Origin: Candidatus Cloacimonadales bacterium | GTDB lineage: Bacteria; Cloacimonadota; Cloacimonadia; Cloacimonadales; JAIOQZ01 | Assembly: GCA_963674825.1 (NCBI GenBank) | Contig: OY771587.1 | Coordinates: forward strand, 2,976,001 to 3,040,000 | Reading direction: 5' to 3' | Length of the DNA: 64,000 nucleotides | In this document: one piece after another, positions 29,904 through 39,878 of the stretch | How the letters are laid out: every line of letters starts with the position of its first letter | Position numbering within the stretch: position 1 is the first letter of the stretch | Translations under genes and position numbers: made by a program | The notes under the pieces: generated by a model | Seen by the model: the letters and a program-made list of their open reading frames with translations, nothing else | Told to the model about the DNA's origin: nothing | Database searches by the model: none

Positions 29904-31238
29904 TTATTCGGTTCTGGCAGAAGGATCGGTGCGGCCATTATCGTATAAACCGATCATCGCTGTAATGTCACCGTCTTCGTTCCGCTCGAACCGGATACGA
30001 AAATAATCAAGTCCTTCGAGGAAGAAATGGTCGTCTTTATAGGGGATCATCTTGAATTCCGGGCCTGTTCGCTGGTAGTATAGATTCCCATCTCGGTAGG
30101 ATATCTTGCGAGGTCCGTAGGTTCCGGTGTATGCCTTCATCTGACGCTTGGAAAGCTCCATCTTCAAGTCTTTGTACTGCAATCCGTCCAACACCCATTC
30201 GTACACGAATTGCGCTTCGGGATCATCTGTCTGGTCGCGTAGCTTTTCGAGCGCTTTCTCATATGCCACGTCCATTGCTTCGTCCGAGGTTGTTTCGATA
30301 TCAGGCGCGATTCCCGTTCCTTCCCAGTTGGTGTTGGTGATCGGGTTGAGGGCGCGGCCACTGGGGATCTTGGCGATAAACCAGTCGTCCACCGCGAGGA
30401 ACGACACAGGATGCGCACCTCCGCCAGTGTTTTCTCCAACGATTGTGGCCCGTTCGAGGTTCTTCAGATTGTAGGTAAATTCCTCGGCGGCCGAAAAGGT
30501 GTAATCGCTGGTCAGAAGGTAAACGGGGGCGTCTTTATCGAGTCGTTTGCCAGGAACATAGGGGAGAGTCCAGGTCTGGTCGGCGGTATCGGACGCGCGA
30601 TGCAGGAATGTGTTAAGGTGCACAGGATCGGCATGCTCGTCGAAAAGGAAGCTTGATAAAAGCTGGATCATATAGGCCGAGCCACCACCGTTGTGGCGCA
30701 GATCGATGATGAGAGCATCACAGTTGGTCACGAAATTCATCGCGGAAACTGCAACCGGGTACGCCTCTGGCAAGCCGGAAAATCCATCGAAACGGAGGTA
30801 GCCGACGTTTCCACTCATCACCTTGACTTCCTTAAAACCGAAGTTCTCGCGCTGCTCTGTCTTCAGCTCTTGCTCGTATGCCTCGCGTTGTGCTTCAGGC
30901 GATTGGCTCTTCTGCATCTTCATTAACCTGATACGCTCAGGCGCGTAGAAAACAGAAAGGTGCTTGTCCGGACATGCTTCACGTACATCCTGCTCGAGCC
31001 TGCCGGCAAACTCGACCGGGTCGTCGAATTCAGCGTATGTACCGGATTCGAGATTGGAGCGAAGCGCTCCAGCGATTACATGACCCTTGTCTGGGAAAAT
31101 GTAAACGCGATCGAATGCTGATGCGAGCGTGTCGATCAACGACGCCTTGTAATCATTCGTCATCGATGGCGCTTGTATCTCTTGTGCGCACAGTGCGATC
31201 GCGGCCGCAATAAGAATGATGATCATGGAAAATTTCAT
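29904..31238 (-). CDS. S41 family peptidase (IRBP-like)
   Basis: Signal peptide; DKHL, GNVGYL, IIDLRHNGGG, TFSAAE, GENTGGG, WEGTGIAPD. Confidence 0.9.
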   Translation of the reverse strand: MKFSMIIILIAAAIALCAQEIQAPSMTNDYKASLIDTLASAFDRVYIFPDKGHVIAGALRSNLESGTYAEFDDPVEFAGRLEQDVREACPDKHLSVFYAPERIRLMKMQKSQSPEAQREAYEQELKTEQRENFGFKEVKVMSGNVGYLRFDGFSGLPEAYPVAVSAMNFVTNCDALIIDLRHNGGGSAYMIQLLSSFLFDEHADPVHLNTFLHRASDTADQTWTLPYVPGKRLDKDAPVYLLTSDYTFSAAEEFTYNLKNLERATIVGENTGGGAHPVSFLAVDDWFIAKIPSGRALNPITNTNWEGTGIAPDIETTSDEAMDVAYEKALEKLRDQTDDPEAQFVYEWVLDGLQYKDLKMELSKRQMKAYTGTYGPRKISYRDGNLYYQRTGPEFKMIPYKDDHFFLEGLDYFRIRFERNEDGDITAMIGLYDNGRTDPSARTE

Positions 31239-31476
31239 CGAGCCTCCTTCGTTAAAATAATATCTAACGTTAGTTTTGTATTTAATGGATGCGTGTCAAC
31301 TTTTTTCTTCTTCAGGGTTCCTATATGTGTGAGATTCCTCGAGTTTGTTGTTATGAGTGGATGGGCAATTTGCTTGACCTGCATTTACTTCTTGACAAGA
31401 ACAGCGTTCGTGAAACTTTCTTGAGGGAGTTAAATAGTTCGTTTATAAAACGATTCTGTTTGGTGCAGAGGTATAT

Positions 31477-32124
31477 ATGGATACGATCGGAAAGTATTTG
31501 AAAGAGGCGCGGGAAGCGAAGAATCTCTCGATAGAGGATGTCTCGGAAATGACTCGCATCAAGGTCGCATTTCTCGAGTGCATCGAGAAGGACGACTTCT
31601 CTCCGATCGGTGGTTTTGGCTATGCCAAGGTCATGCTGGCTACATACGCGAAAACAATCGACGCGAATGTGCAGAAAGTGATGTCTCTGTTCGAGCATTA
31701 TTACGATTCGGACGATTTTGAAATGAAACCTCTGCATCGTAAACCACGTCAGCAGAAAAAGCTGCTACTCCCCGGCAATATCTTCTCCATCCTTGCGCTT
31801 GTAATTCTTGTGACAGTACTGACAATCGTTGTTGTCCGGCTTTACAACAAAGGCATGCTGGATTTTTCCATGGATCATCAGATTGAGGAAGTTACTTCCG
31901 ACGATTCAGAAAAGCCATCAGAACCCGAAGCCAAGCCCGAACCTGAACCTGAAGTTGTTCAGGAGAAGGTACAAGAAGCATCTGAGACTATTGCTGATGT
32001 CAAGCCGGAACCTGCCGCAGAACACCAGATTAACGTAAATCAGAACGCCCTGCGCGATACGACCGATTACGTCGATAGAATCCTCTTCGACGGAAAGCAG
32101 AGCGCGTTCAACCATAAAGAATAA
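31477..32124 (+). CDS. RodZ-like HTH membrane protein
   Basis: IGKYLKEARE...TRIK...LECIE; one TM; acidic, Pro-rich tail. Confidence 0.75.
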   Translation: MDTIGKYLKEAREAKNLSIEDVSEMTRIKVAFLECIEKDDFSPIGGFGYAKVMLATYAKTIDANVQKVMSLFEHYYDSDDFEMKPLHRKPRQQKKLLLPGNIFSILALVILVTVLTIVVVRLYNKGMLDFSMDHQIEEVTSDDSEKPSEPEAKPEPEPEVVQEKVQEASETIADVKPEPAAEHQINVNQNALRDTTDYVDRILFDGKQSAFNHKE

Positions 32125-32150
32125 ACAATCCTTACCCATTGGAATATCAC

Positions 32151-34583
32151 ATGAACCTCCCGACTGTAGATTTCTCGTATTTACTCCCATCCGTGGAAAA
32201 ACCAGCGCGTTACATTGATCATGAAGTCAACGCGCGAAAGAAGATGCCAACCAGCGAGACCATCAATTTCTGCCTCGCTTTCCCCGATGTGTATGAGGTT
32301 GGATTTTCGCATTTGGGCATAAAAATCCTCTATTCGATCCTCAATGAGCTTCCCGGTGTTACAGCCGACCGCAGTTATGCTCCATGGCAGGATTTCGCAA
32401 AGCTGCTAAGCTCTGAGAACATCCCGCTATTTGGCGTTGAAAGCCGCGTTCCCATGAAGAGCTTCGATGTGGTCGGATTTACATTGCAAAGCGAACTGAC
32501 CTTCACCAACGTGCTTTACATGCTGGATCTGGCGCAGATTCCGCTGCATGCATCCGAGCGCACGGAGGAGCATCCGATTATCCTCGGCGGTGGGCCTTCG
32601 CTAAGTAATCCTGAACCGATGTCGCGCTTCTTCGACGCCATCATGATCGGCGAAGCTGAAGAAGTAATCAGCACGATTGCGGAGGTTCTAAAAGAAAATA
32701 CAAGCCGGATGGATCGCCTCATAGCGTTGGCGAAGATTCCGTCAGTCTATATCCCGAATATGCGCGAGGAATCGCTTCCCGTTCAGGCCGCGAAGTTTAC
32801 CGGATTCAGCGAATCGAATCTACTGCATACGAACCAACTCATTCCGTGGCTTCAGCCCACGCACGACCGCTATGTGGAAGAAATTATGCGTGGTTGTACA
32901 CGAGGATGCCGGTTCTGCCATGCAGGGTTCTATTATCGTCCGGTGCGCGAGAAATCCCCCGAAGCGATTCTGGAGCGACTGGTGCACGAGGTGGAGACGT
33001 ACGGTTGGGAAGAGGCGGGTCTCTCGTCGCTTTCGTCGTCCGACTACACCTGTATCCGCGAGCTGATGCCGGCACTTTATGAGCGACTCGGCGCGAAAAC
33101 AACCTCGCTTTCATTGCCATCGTTGCGAGTGGATACGCTGGATGAAAAACTGATCCAGCTCATGAATTTTATCGGTGCTGCCGGACTAACCATCGCTCCC
33201 GAAGCGGGAAGCCAAAGGCTGCGTGACATCATCAACAAGAACGTCACCGAAGAAGATATTCTGCGCGGTTGTCAGATCGCGCTCGATAACGGCTGGAAGC
33301 TTATCAAGCTCTACTTCATGATCGGCCTGCCGTTCGAAACGGACGAAGACGTAATGGGTATCGTGGACCTTGTCGAAAAGATCAACGGCCTCTCACGGCG
33401 CAAGCTCAAGATCAATATTTCGCTTTCGCCTTTCGTTCCCAAGCCATTTACGCCGTTCCAGTGGGCGCAGATGCAGCCACCGGAAGAAATGCTCCGTCGC
33501 ATAATGCTGGTGAAGCACGCACTTAGGCCATTCAAAAACGTCCGAGCCAAATATCCGGAAGTCGAATCCTCGATCCTGGAAGGCGTTCTCTCTCGCGGTG
33601 ACGCGACCTTGGGTGAGGTTATCCTTGAGGCGTATCGCGATGGCGCGATGTTCGACGGCTGGAGCGAGATGGAGAACACTGATCGCTGGCTACGTATCAT
33701 CGACAATCACGGCAGCCGGAAGTTTCTGGACGCGATTCCGCTCGAGCGTGAATTGCCTTGGGACATTGTGGACTTGCTGGTTGATAAATCGTTCCTGAAA
33801 GAAGAATGGCACCGGGCCTCGGAGGCTGTGACGCTGGGCGATTGCCGTGAGATAGGCTGCTATCATTGCGGTGTGTGCGATATGGAGATCAAGCCGGTTT
33901 ACACGAAAGGTATCGAGCTGCCATCCATACCGAAAATAGCATCGCCGGATGAGATCCATCCGGAATATTATCGACTTTGGTACGAGCGGCTTGGTGACGT
34001 TCGCTTTGCCGGGCATCTGGATCTTCTACGCATGCTTCAGCGCGTACTGAGAAGCAGTGGTCTACCCATTGTTCATTCGGAAGGCTTCAATCCGCATCCG
34101 AAAGCCGCATTGGGTCCACCTTTACCTGTCGGCGTGGAGAGCAAGTGCGAGTACGTAGATTTCGCGATTGCCGACATCATGAGCGTGAAGGAGATCGAAA
34201 GCGCCATGCAAAAGGCGATGCCGGACGCGCTGGGATTCGTTGGAATCGAAGCGGTTCCGACAAAGCAGCAGCGTGCTATGGATTTCTATCGTCAGGAACG
34301 CGTGGAAGTTACGCCACCTGAAATACTGCACCCGGTTTTCCCGGACAAACTTGTAACGTTCGACCAGATGAGCGAGTTCCTCTATGATCGCACCCGCAAG
34401 GGCAAGACGAAGACAGTCGATATCAAGTCGATGATCGAATCGATCGTATGGCAGGACGGTATGCTGACCATTGTGAAGCTGTTATCCGGTATCAGTGTGT
34501 TCGAGATTCTTGATCTGGTGTTCGGCATCCCGCGCGAAGAAACCGGACGATTCCGTATCGTGCGACAGGAGCTGATCAAGTAA
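32151..34583 (+). CDS. B12-binding radical SAM protein (TIGR03960-like) fused to a TIGR03936/DUF2344-like domain
   Basis: KPARY, FPDVYEVG, RGCTRGCRFC, APEAGS; C-terminal GHLDL...GFNPHP...LPVGVES. Confidence 0.88.
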   Translation: MNLPTVDFSYLLPSVEKPARYIDHEVNARKKMPTSETINFCLAFPDVYEVGFSHLGIKILYSILNELPGVTADRSYAPWQDFAKLLSSENIPLFGVESRVPMKSFDVVGFTLQSELTFTNVLYMLDLAQIPLHASERTEEHPIILGGGPSLSNPEPMSRFFDAIMIGEAEEVISTIAEVLKENTSRMDRLIALAKIPSVYIPNMREESLPVQAAKFTGFSESNLLHTNQLIPWLQPTHDRYVEEIMRGCTRGCRFCHAGFYYRPVREKSPEAILERLVHEVETYGWEEAGLSSLSSSDYTCIRELMPALYERLGAKTTSLSLPSLRVDTLDEKLIQLMNFIGAAGLTIAPEAGSQRLRDIINKNVTEEDILRGCQIALDNGWKLIKLYFMIGLPFETDEDVMGIVDLVEKINGLSRRKLKINISLSPFVPKPFTPFQWAQMQPPEEMLRRIMLVKHALRPFKNVRAKYPEVESSILEGVLSRGDATLGEVILEAYRDGAMFDGWSEMENTDRWLRIIDNHGSRKFLDAIPLERELPWDIVDLLVDKSFLKEEWHRASEAVTLGDCREIGCYHCGVCDMEIKPVYTKGIELPSIPKIASPDEIHPEYYRLWYERLGDVRFAGHLDLLRMLQRVLRSSGLPIVHSEGFNPHPKAALGPPLPVGVESKCEYVDFAIADIMSVKEIESAMQKAMPDALGFVGIEAVPTKQQRAMDFYRQERVEVTPPEILHPVFPDKLVTFDQMSEFLYDRTRKGKTKTVDIKSMIESIVWQDGMLTIVKLLSGISVFEILDLVFGIPREETGRFRIVRQELIK

Positions 34584-34657
34584 CACTAGGTACGTAGAGC
34601 TCCTGTAGGTTTTAGCATAAAACCAGGAATCTTCAGTACTCCGCATTCCATGAGAGA

Positions 34658-34684
34658 AGGGCAATCACAGTGGATTGCCCCTAC
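34658..34684 (-). repeat. GTAG-type REP-like palindrome
   Basis: Minus strand reads GTAGGGGCAATCCACTGTGATTGCCCT (GTAG foot plus GGGCAATC/GATTGCCC stem). Confidence 0.6.
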
Positions 34685-34954
34685 AGCCCCCCTGGGTACG
34701 CAGACGTCTCGTCTGCATTTCTTTTCCTCGGATCGCCAAGCCCCTGTGATTTTCAGACGTGGTCTGATAAATCGAATCCCCAAAGCTTGGCATCTCTTCT
34801 CTTTCCCTTATTGAGCACGGACGTCCGCGCTCCATAAGAGAATTGCTGACACAGGTACCTGCTAACGTTTACGCTTCTTGAATCAGAACTTGACAGTTTC
34901 AACCCACAAAACGAGCTTGAGGAAAATTCATACATACGTTATTATGGGACGATT

Positions 34955-35515
34955 ATGAGCCGTTTCCTGAAGAGATTTTCCTCGAAAGACCTGTTGACCA
35001 TCGCCATTTTTGCAGCGTTGGGTATCGCGATCAAGCCGATCGTGACACCACTTGTGCATCTGATCTCCACACCGCTGATGATCCCGGGAGGATCGCTTGC
35101 AGGTGGTCTCTACATGATGTGGTTAGCGCTTACCATAAACATTGTATGGAAACCCGGTACAGGAATGCTGTTTGGGCTTGTGCAGGGCGTAACGGTCCTG
35201 GCATTGGGCCTTTTCGGCAGTCATGGGGTGGTGTCGCTGATCAGCTACACGCTTCCGGGCGTTATTGGCGACCTTGTCATGCTTCTTCTTCCGCGAAAGC
35301 AAACTGCGTTTCATCACGCGATGCTTTGTAGCGTTCCCAACATTGTCGGCTCATTGGTCGTAACCATTTTAATTATGCGCATGCCCGGACTTATGATCGC
35401 CATCGCGCTCACCAGCGCAGCAGTTTCGGGCATTATCGGAGGTACATTGTCATGGATAATCTATCAGCGTTTAGTACATTTTCGCGTTATTGTAAACGAA
35501 TCCTCGTCCTGTTAA
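34955..35515 (+). CDS. ECF transporter S component
   Basis: About 6 TM; KDLLTIAIFAAL (AxxxA), PGG, KPG; clustered with two EcfA-like ATPases. Confidence 0.8.
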   Translation: MSRFLKRFSSKDLLTIAIFAALGIAIKPIVTPLVHLISTPLMIPGGSLAGGLYMMWLALTINIVWKPGTGMLFGLVQGVTVLALGLFGSHGVVSLISYTLPGVIGDLVMLLLPRKQTAFHHAMLCSVPNIVGSLVVTILIMRMPGLMIAIALTSAAVSGIIGGTLSWIIYQRLVHFRVIVNESSSC

Positions 35516-36402
35516 CGCTCCTGATGGCGACAGCGCTTTCTGCGTTGTCGATCCAGCACGAACAGAAGACGATCGAGCTTGATCGCGCACAACTTCTCTC
35601 GCAGCCGATAACGAAGATCGAGACTGTGCGAGAAAAGAAGGGCATGACGATCAAAGAAGTCTGGACAGGTGTCAGGATCGAAGACCTCGTGAAGCTGGTA
35701 ACGGAAACTTCCTCATGGCAGACAGTTGTACTGCGTTCCGAGGATAACTACCAGGTGCGGCTTTCGCGGCAGGAAGTGCTGGAAAGCGGTGCCATCATCA
35801 GTTGGGATCGTGACGGCAAACCGCAGAAAAACAATGGCACTCGCGTGATTGTTCCCGGAATGCGCCAGATGTACTGGATCAACGATCCAGTTCTGCTGCT
35901 GGTCGAAGCTGAGCAGGAAACGATTCCACCGACGGCAATCGTCAACGGCGATCTGATCCTCGCGACGCTGACCAAAGGTGAAATCCCTCCTTTCGAGAAG
36001 GATGAAGGCTACTTTTTCCGCGATCTTGCCTCAGCGCTTTTTCCTGATGTCCGTGGTAGTTACAGATTGATCGCGCGCGATGGTATCACCCACAATCTTA
36101 CGCTGGAACCTTACTTGCAAAACGCGGTGGTTGCCGCGAAAGGCGACACGCTGTTCCTGAAGAGTCCCGACATGCCGGGCGGAATGTGGATCAAAGAGTT
36201 GGTGTATATCCAGAAGGACGATCTTGGCGTGGTGTTCACGAAGCAATTGAAAGATTTTGCCGGGCTTGCCGCACTCATCGACATTGATCTCAGCAAGACG
36301 AGCCTGTGCGCTGACGATAAAAAGAAAACGAAGCTGGATGCCGAGACGCCGTTCACCGATGCGGTATGGCAGAAGTGCAGAAAGGTGCTGTTATGGAAAT
36401 GA
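35452..36402 (+). CDS. Exported protein with a molybdopterin-oxidoreductase-like fold (ECF accessory)
   Basis: GGAGGT 8 nt before the ATG; signal peptide; WTGV...SEDNY...RVIVPG...W pattern, weakly duplicated. Confidence 0.6.
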   Translation: MDNLSAFSTFSRYCKRILVLLTLLMATALSALSIQHEQKTIELDRAQLLSQPITKIETVREKKGMTIKEVWTGVRIEDLVKLVTETSSWQTVVLRSEDNYQVRLSRQEVLESGAIISWDRDGKPQKNNGTRVIVPGMRQMYWINDPVLLLVEAEQETIPPTAIVNGDLILATLTKGEIPPFEKDEGYFFRDLASALFPDVRGSYRLIARDGITHNLTLEPYLQNAVVAAKGDTLFLKSPDMPGGMWIKELVYIQKDDLGVVFTKQLKDFAGLAALIDIDLSKTSLCADDKKKTKLDAETPFTDAVWQKCRKVLLWK

Positions 36403-36821
36403 GAATAGTGCTTCTTCTATCGGTCGTGGTGCTATTGGTGTCCTGCGACTACAACTCGCCTCGATTGACGGGCGACATCGACAGCGATTGCTTGCGGATA
36501 CATCCTGGCAGTCTCGACGAAATTCTGGAGCAATACGATGCCGATTATGCGCTTCTTATCGCAGAGGATGGCATCGCGGCGCTGGTTTCGGAGATCTCGT
36601 TTCCGCAGATCGAGCTGACGCGCAAGGATGGCGTCTGGTATAGCCAGGCCGATTCTCTGCCGCCTTTCTGTAGCATCGATTCACTGCGGGAAATATGCGT
36701 CTTCCGCATGCAGCACGAGCGTTCCGACACCTTGTCGTTTCAGCATCGAATCCTGTCTTTCGAGCGAATCGGAAGCTCCACGAAGAATGACTATCCCGCA
36801 TGGAAATACCGGAGGAAATAA
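36393..36821 (+). CDS. Lipoprotein (ECF cluster accessory)
   Basis: Lipobox LLVSC; IAEDG segment similar to neighbouring proteins. Confidence 0.65.
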   Translation: MEMRIVLLLSVVVLLVSCDYNSPRLTGDIDSDCLRIHPGSLDEILEQYDADYALLIAEDGIAALVSEISFPQIELTRKDGVWYSQADSLPPFCSIDSLREICVFRMQHERSDTLSFQHRILSFERIGSSTKNDYPAWKYRRK

Positions 36822-37225
36822 TGAAGAAAGTAATTACCCTGCTCGTTCCAGTCGTCTTGATTCTTGCCGCACTACTTCTGTTTCGCGCTACGCGTGAACA
36901 GGAGAAAGTCATGGCCTCAGAGACGATCAACCTGACCGCGAGCCTGATGGATAACCTCCAGATGGAGACCGTGATGATCGGCAACGATAAGACCGTCGAT
37001 GCGATGCGTGTACGCGGTGTCCTGGATATCTACCATGTTGACGTCAGCACTCTCAAGGGTCTTGATTTCATCTCGAACGATGGTATGAACATGGAGATCG
37101 GGATCGAAGAGCTTCCGGATCTTTTCCTGGCACCCTATGAGGACGACACATTCCGGCTCATCATTCCAACGGACGAGTTTCATCAGCGCTGGCTGAAGAA
37201 CATCGTCAAGATCGAGTTGCAATAA
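36821..37225 (+). CDS. Membrane-anchored exported protein, oxidoreductase-like fold (ECF accessory)
   Basis: GGAGG RBS; N-terminal TM; SNDG...FRLIIP...RWLKNIVKIEL. Confidence 0.65.
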   Translation: MKKVITLLVPVVLILAALLLFRATREQEKVMASETINLTASLMDNLQMETVMIGNDKTVDAMRVRGVLDIYHVDVSTLKGLDFISNDGMNMEIGIEELPDLFLAPYEDDTFRLIIPTDEFHQRWLKNIVKIELQ

Positions 37226-37226
37226 C

Positions 37227-37892
37227 GTGAACGCTGTCACGATCAGAAATCTCAGCTTCCGCTACCATTCCGGGAGTGAGGTTTTCAGTAACCTCAATCT
37301 CGTTGTCCCTAAGAATACAATCTCTGTGCTTAGCGGAGACAATGGATCCGGCAAGACGACGCTCCTCTATCTCATCTGCGGGATTATTCCCAGAGCGATT
37401 CATGGTACCATGAAAGGCCAGATTCTTCTGAATGACACAGATTACGCGAACGAACCGCTTTCACAGCTCGCACCTGTTATAAGTATCCTGATGCAGGAAA
37501 TCGAATGGCAGCTCCATTTTCCCACCGTTGAACAGGAGATCATCTTTGGTCCGGAAAACCTCTGTCTGCCGGTGGAAGAAATCAGAAAACGCCTTGATGA
37601 TTCATTAGCGTTCTTCAGAATCGAGAATCTTCGGCAAGAAGACACTCATACGCTTTCTGTAGGGCAGAAACGGCTGGTCGCACTGGCATCACTTTATGCT
37701 TTACGACCGTCCATTCTCGCACTGGACGAACCGCTGAATGGGCTGTCTGAGGAATCGATGGGGATTGTCATGGACTTCATCAGGACGTATCGCGAAAAGT
37801 ACGGGACCGTGATCCTCACCGCTCATCAAAAGGAAGCGCTGGATATCGCCGATCAAGTCACCGACTTGAACGCGATTAGGGGGACACAGTGA
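37227..37892 (+). CDS. ECF-type ABC ATPase (EcfA-like)
   Basis: GDNGSGKTT, TVEQEIIFGPEN, LSVGQKR, LDEP. Confidence 0.88.
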   Translation: MNAVTIRNLSFRYHSGSEVFSNLNLVVPKNTISVLSGDNGSGKTTLLYLICGIIPRAIHGTMKGQILLNDTDYANEPLSQLAPVISILMQEIEWQLHFPTVEQEIIFGPENLCLPVEEIRKRLDDSLAFFRIENLRQEDTHTLSVGQKRLVALASLYALRPSILALDEPLNGLSEESMGIVMDFIRTYREKYGTVILTAHQKEALDIADQVTDLNAIRGTQ

Positions 37893-38542
37893 TCATCCGC
37901 AACCTTTCCTTCGCCTATCGAAATGGGTCGCCGATCTTTATCGATGTCAATCTCGAGTTGCCCATGGACAGAAATACCCTGCTGTGCGGCGCGAATGGAT
38001 CGGGCAAGACGACCTTATGCCGTATTCTGGCAGGGCTGGAACCGGGTTATGGGGGGGGCATCGATTTGGATGGCGCTGACCTTCGAAATCTGGCTCCGGC
38101 AGCACGATCGAAGCTAATTTTGTATCTTAAGCAGGAAACGGAATTCAACTTGCTGGCTACGACCGCTGACGAAGATCTGGAGATATGGCAGAACCGCTTT
38201 CAACGCGACGATACGCGGGAAGAGTGGCAGCGAAGGCAGGGCGCGCTGAATGATCTTGATATGACGAGGCTGGACAATATCCCTCTTTGGGAGCTCAGCG
38301 GTGGTCAGAAGAAGCGCGTAGGGCTCTCGGCGGTTGCGCTCATGCAGAATCGTTTCTGGATTCTGGACGAACCGGACGCAGGCTTGGATGAATCCCGGAT
38401 GTCGTTATTGATCAAGCTGCTGGATATGCGCAGAAATGCTGGATATGGTGCATTGATCGTGTCTCATCGCAAGAAGCATTTTCAGGGGATACTTGATTCG
38501 GAACTAATGATTCATGAACAGAATGTTGTTTGGATAAAATAA
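37889..38542 (+). CDS. ECF-type ABC ATPase (second)
   Basis: GANGSGKTT, LSGGQKKR, LDEP, SH. Confidence 0.85.
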   Translation: MIIRNLSFAYRNGSPIFIDVNLELPMDRNTLLCGANGSGKTTLCRILAGLEPGYGGGIDLDGADLRNLAPAARSKLILYLKQETEFNLLATTADEDLEIWQNRFQRDDTREEWQRRQGALNDLDMTRLDNIPLWELSGGQKKRVGLSAVALMQNRFWILDEPDAGLDESRMSLLIKLLDMRRNAGYGALIVSHRKKHFQGILDSELMIHEQNVVWIK

Positions 38543-38546
38543 AAAA

Positions 38547-38634
38547 TGGTACCAGAGGCCGGATTTGAACCGGCACGCAGTAAAACTGCGAGGGATTTTA
38601 AGTCCCTTGTGTCTACCAATTCCACCACTCCGGC
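38547..38634 (-). tRNA. tRNA-Leu(TAA)
   Basis: GCCGGAGTGGTGGAATTGGTAGAC...CTTAAAA...long variable arm...GGTTCAAATCC...CCA. Confidence 0.95.
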
Positions 38635-38649
38635 ATTGGTCTTGATTAA

Positions 38650-38723
38650 TGGAGGCGACACCCGGATTCGAACCGGGGATGAGGATTTTGCAGACCCTTG
38701 CCTTACCACTTGGCGATGTCGCC
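38650..38723 (-). tRNA. tRNA-Cys(GCA)
   Basis: GGCGACATCGCCAAGTGGTAAGGC...CTGCAAA...GGTTCGAATCC...TCCA. Confidence 0.95.
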
Positions 38724-38735
38724 GGATAAAAAAAA

Positions 38736-38811
38736 TGGAGCGGGAAACGGGACTCGAACCCGCGACAACTACCTTGGCAAGGTAGCGCTCTACCACCTGA
38801 GCTATTCCCGC
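38736..38811 (-). tRNA. tRNA-Gly(GCC)
   Basis: GCGGGAATAGCTCAG...TTGCCAA...GGTTCGAGTCC...TCCA. Confidence 0.95.
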
Positions 38812-38827
38812 CCGAGCAAGCATCGCT

Positions 38828-38855
38828 AAACTATTTGGGCGTGTTTCCTTGTCAA
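38828..38855 (-). promoter_or_regulatory. Sigma70-type promoter of the tRNA operon
   Basis: TTGACA-16-TAGTTT with an A-rich upstream tract. Confidence 0.6.
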
Positions 38856-38900
38856 TACTTTTTCTTTGTTTTTTTTCTTCCTTAACACTACTGAATTGAT

Positions 38901-39725
38901 TTATCGATAGATAGCCGCTGAAAGATATCCCACCACCTGTGTGTGATCACCGCTTGTATGGCCGGAATGGGTATAATTGAGCGCTGCGGCATGCTTGAAT
39001 TCGAATGCTTTCGCCAGCTCCAGAAGTGTCAGGATTCCGCCAAAACCGCACGCTTCGGTGTGATTTCGGCTGATGTGCTCCCATAATTGCAAGGCATCCA
39101 TCTTCGATACGGAATCGATCAGAACCTTATCCAGTTGTTCTGCCGCTTCACTTTGGTGATAGTGTGAGAGGTCGCTGCTGACAATGAACGCTGTGCGATC
39201 CAGCTGATCCTTGAAGGTATCCACCAGCACTTCAGCGATAGACTGCGAGTTGGCGTAGTTCTGCGTTCCAAGCACGATGGGGACTATCTTTGCTTCTGGC
39301 TTGGCGACCTGTAGGAATGGGATCTGGACTTCCAGAGAGTGCTCCATTTCATGCGCGAGCGGGAAGAACGATAGATGCTCTGAATCAAGCAACTTTTCGA
39401 TGAGTATCCTGTCTGTCTTGATTTCCCCCAGCGGAGTCAGGTAGGCATCGTAATCACCCACGGAGCAGGTGAAGCCGCCAACCCGGTGGCTGGGAGCAAT
39501 AATCACGGCGGTATCGAAATCCTTATCCATTAATGCCTTGAAGGCATATCCCGCGCATGACCCTGAATAAACGTAACCGGCATGCGGTGTAATCACCCCC
39601 AATAAATCACCATCGTAACGCTCGACATTCGCGCGATTGATGTAGTCGTTCACTTCTCGCTCAAGGCGAGCTTTGTTCGATGTATAGAACATCCCGGCTA
39701 CAACCGGTTTTCGTACAGAGCTCAT
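38901..39725 (-). CDS. AmmeMemoRadiSam system protein B (MEMO1 family)
   Basis: RKPVVAGMFY, PHAGYVYSG, EHSLEVQIPFL, SSDLSHY, ACG, VVGY. Confidence 0.92.
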   Translation of the reverse strand: MSSVRKPVVAGMFYTSNKARLEREVNDYINRANVERYDGDLLGVITPHAGYVYSGSCAGYAFKALMDKDFDTAVIIAPSHRVGGFTCSVGDYDAYLTPLGEIKTDRILIEKLLDSEHLSFFPLAHEMEHSLEVQIPFLQVAKPEAKIVPIVLGTQNYANSQSIAEVLVDTFKDQLDRTAFIVSSDLSHYHQSEAAEQLDKVLIDSVSKMDALQLWEHISRNHTEACGFGGILTLLELAKAFEFKHAAALNYTHSGHTSGDHTQVVGYLSAAIYR

Positions 39726-39878
39726 ATCGACCTCCTTCTTATTAGAATTCTACGTTCGTCCAATTCGGTGTCAAGCAAGTAATATAAATTGCACGAATGA
39801 CAATATGTAAGCGTGAAGTACCTGTTTTCAATTGACATCCATGAGGAAAAAAAACGAAATGAAGCAAATGGAGGTATT

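Noticed and set aside
34584..34954. Possible cobalamin or Moco riboswitch before the ECF cluster
   Set aside because: No B12-box or other conserved riboswitch elements recognised by eye; an Infernal scan would be decisive
35452..35524. Suspected frameshift between the S component and the next gene
   Set aside because: The ATG at 35452 has GGAGGT at 8 nt and gives a plausible signal peptide, so it is a simple 64-nt overlap
38547..38811. tRNA-anchored genomic island
   Set aside because: No integrase and no duplicated tRNA 3' end noticed in the window
38512..38823. ORFs on both strands across the tRNA cluster
   Set aside because: The region is explained by three tRNAs
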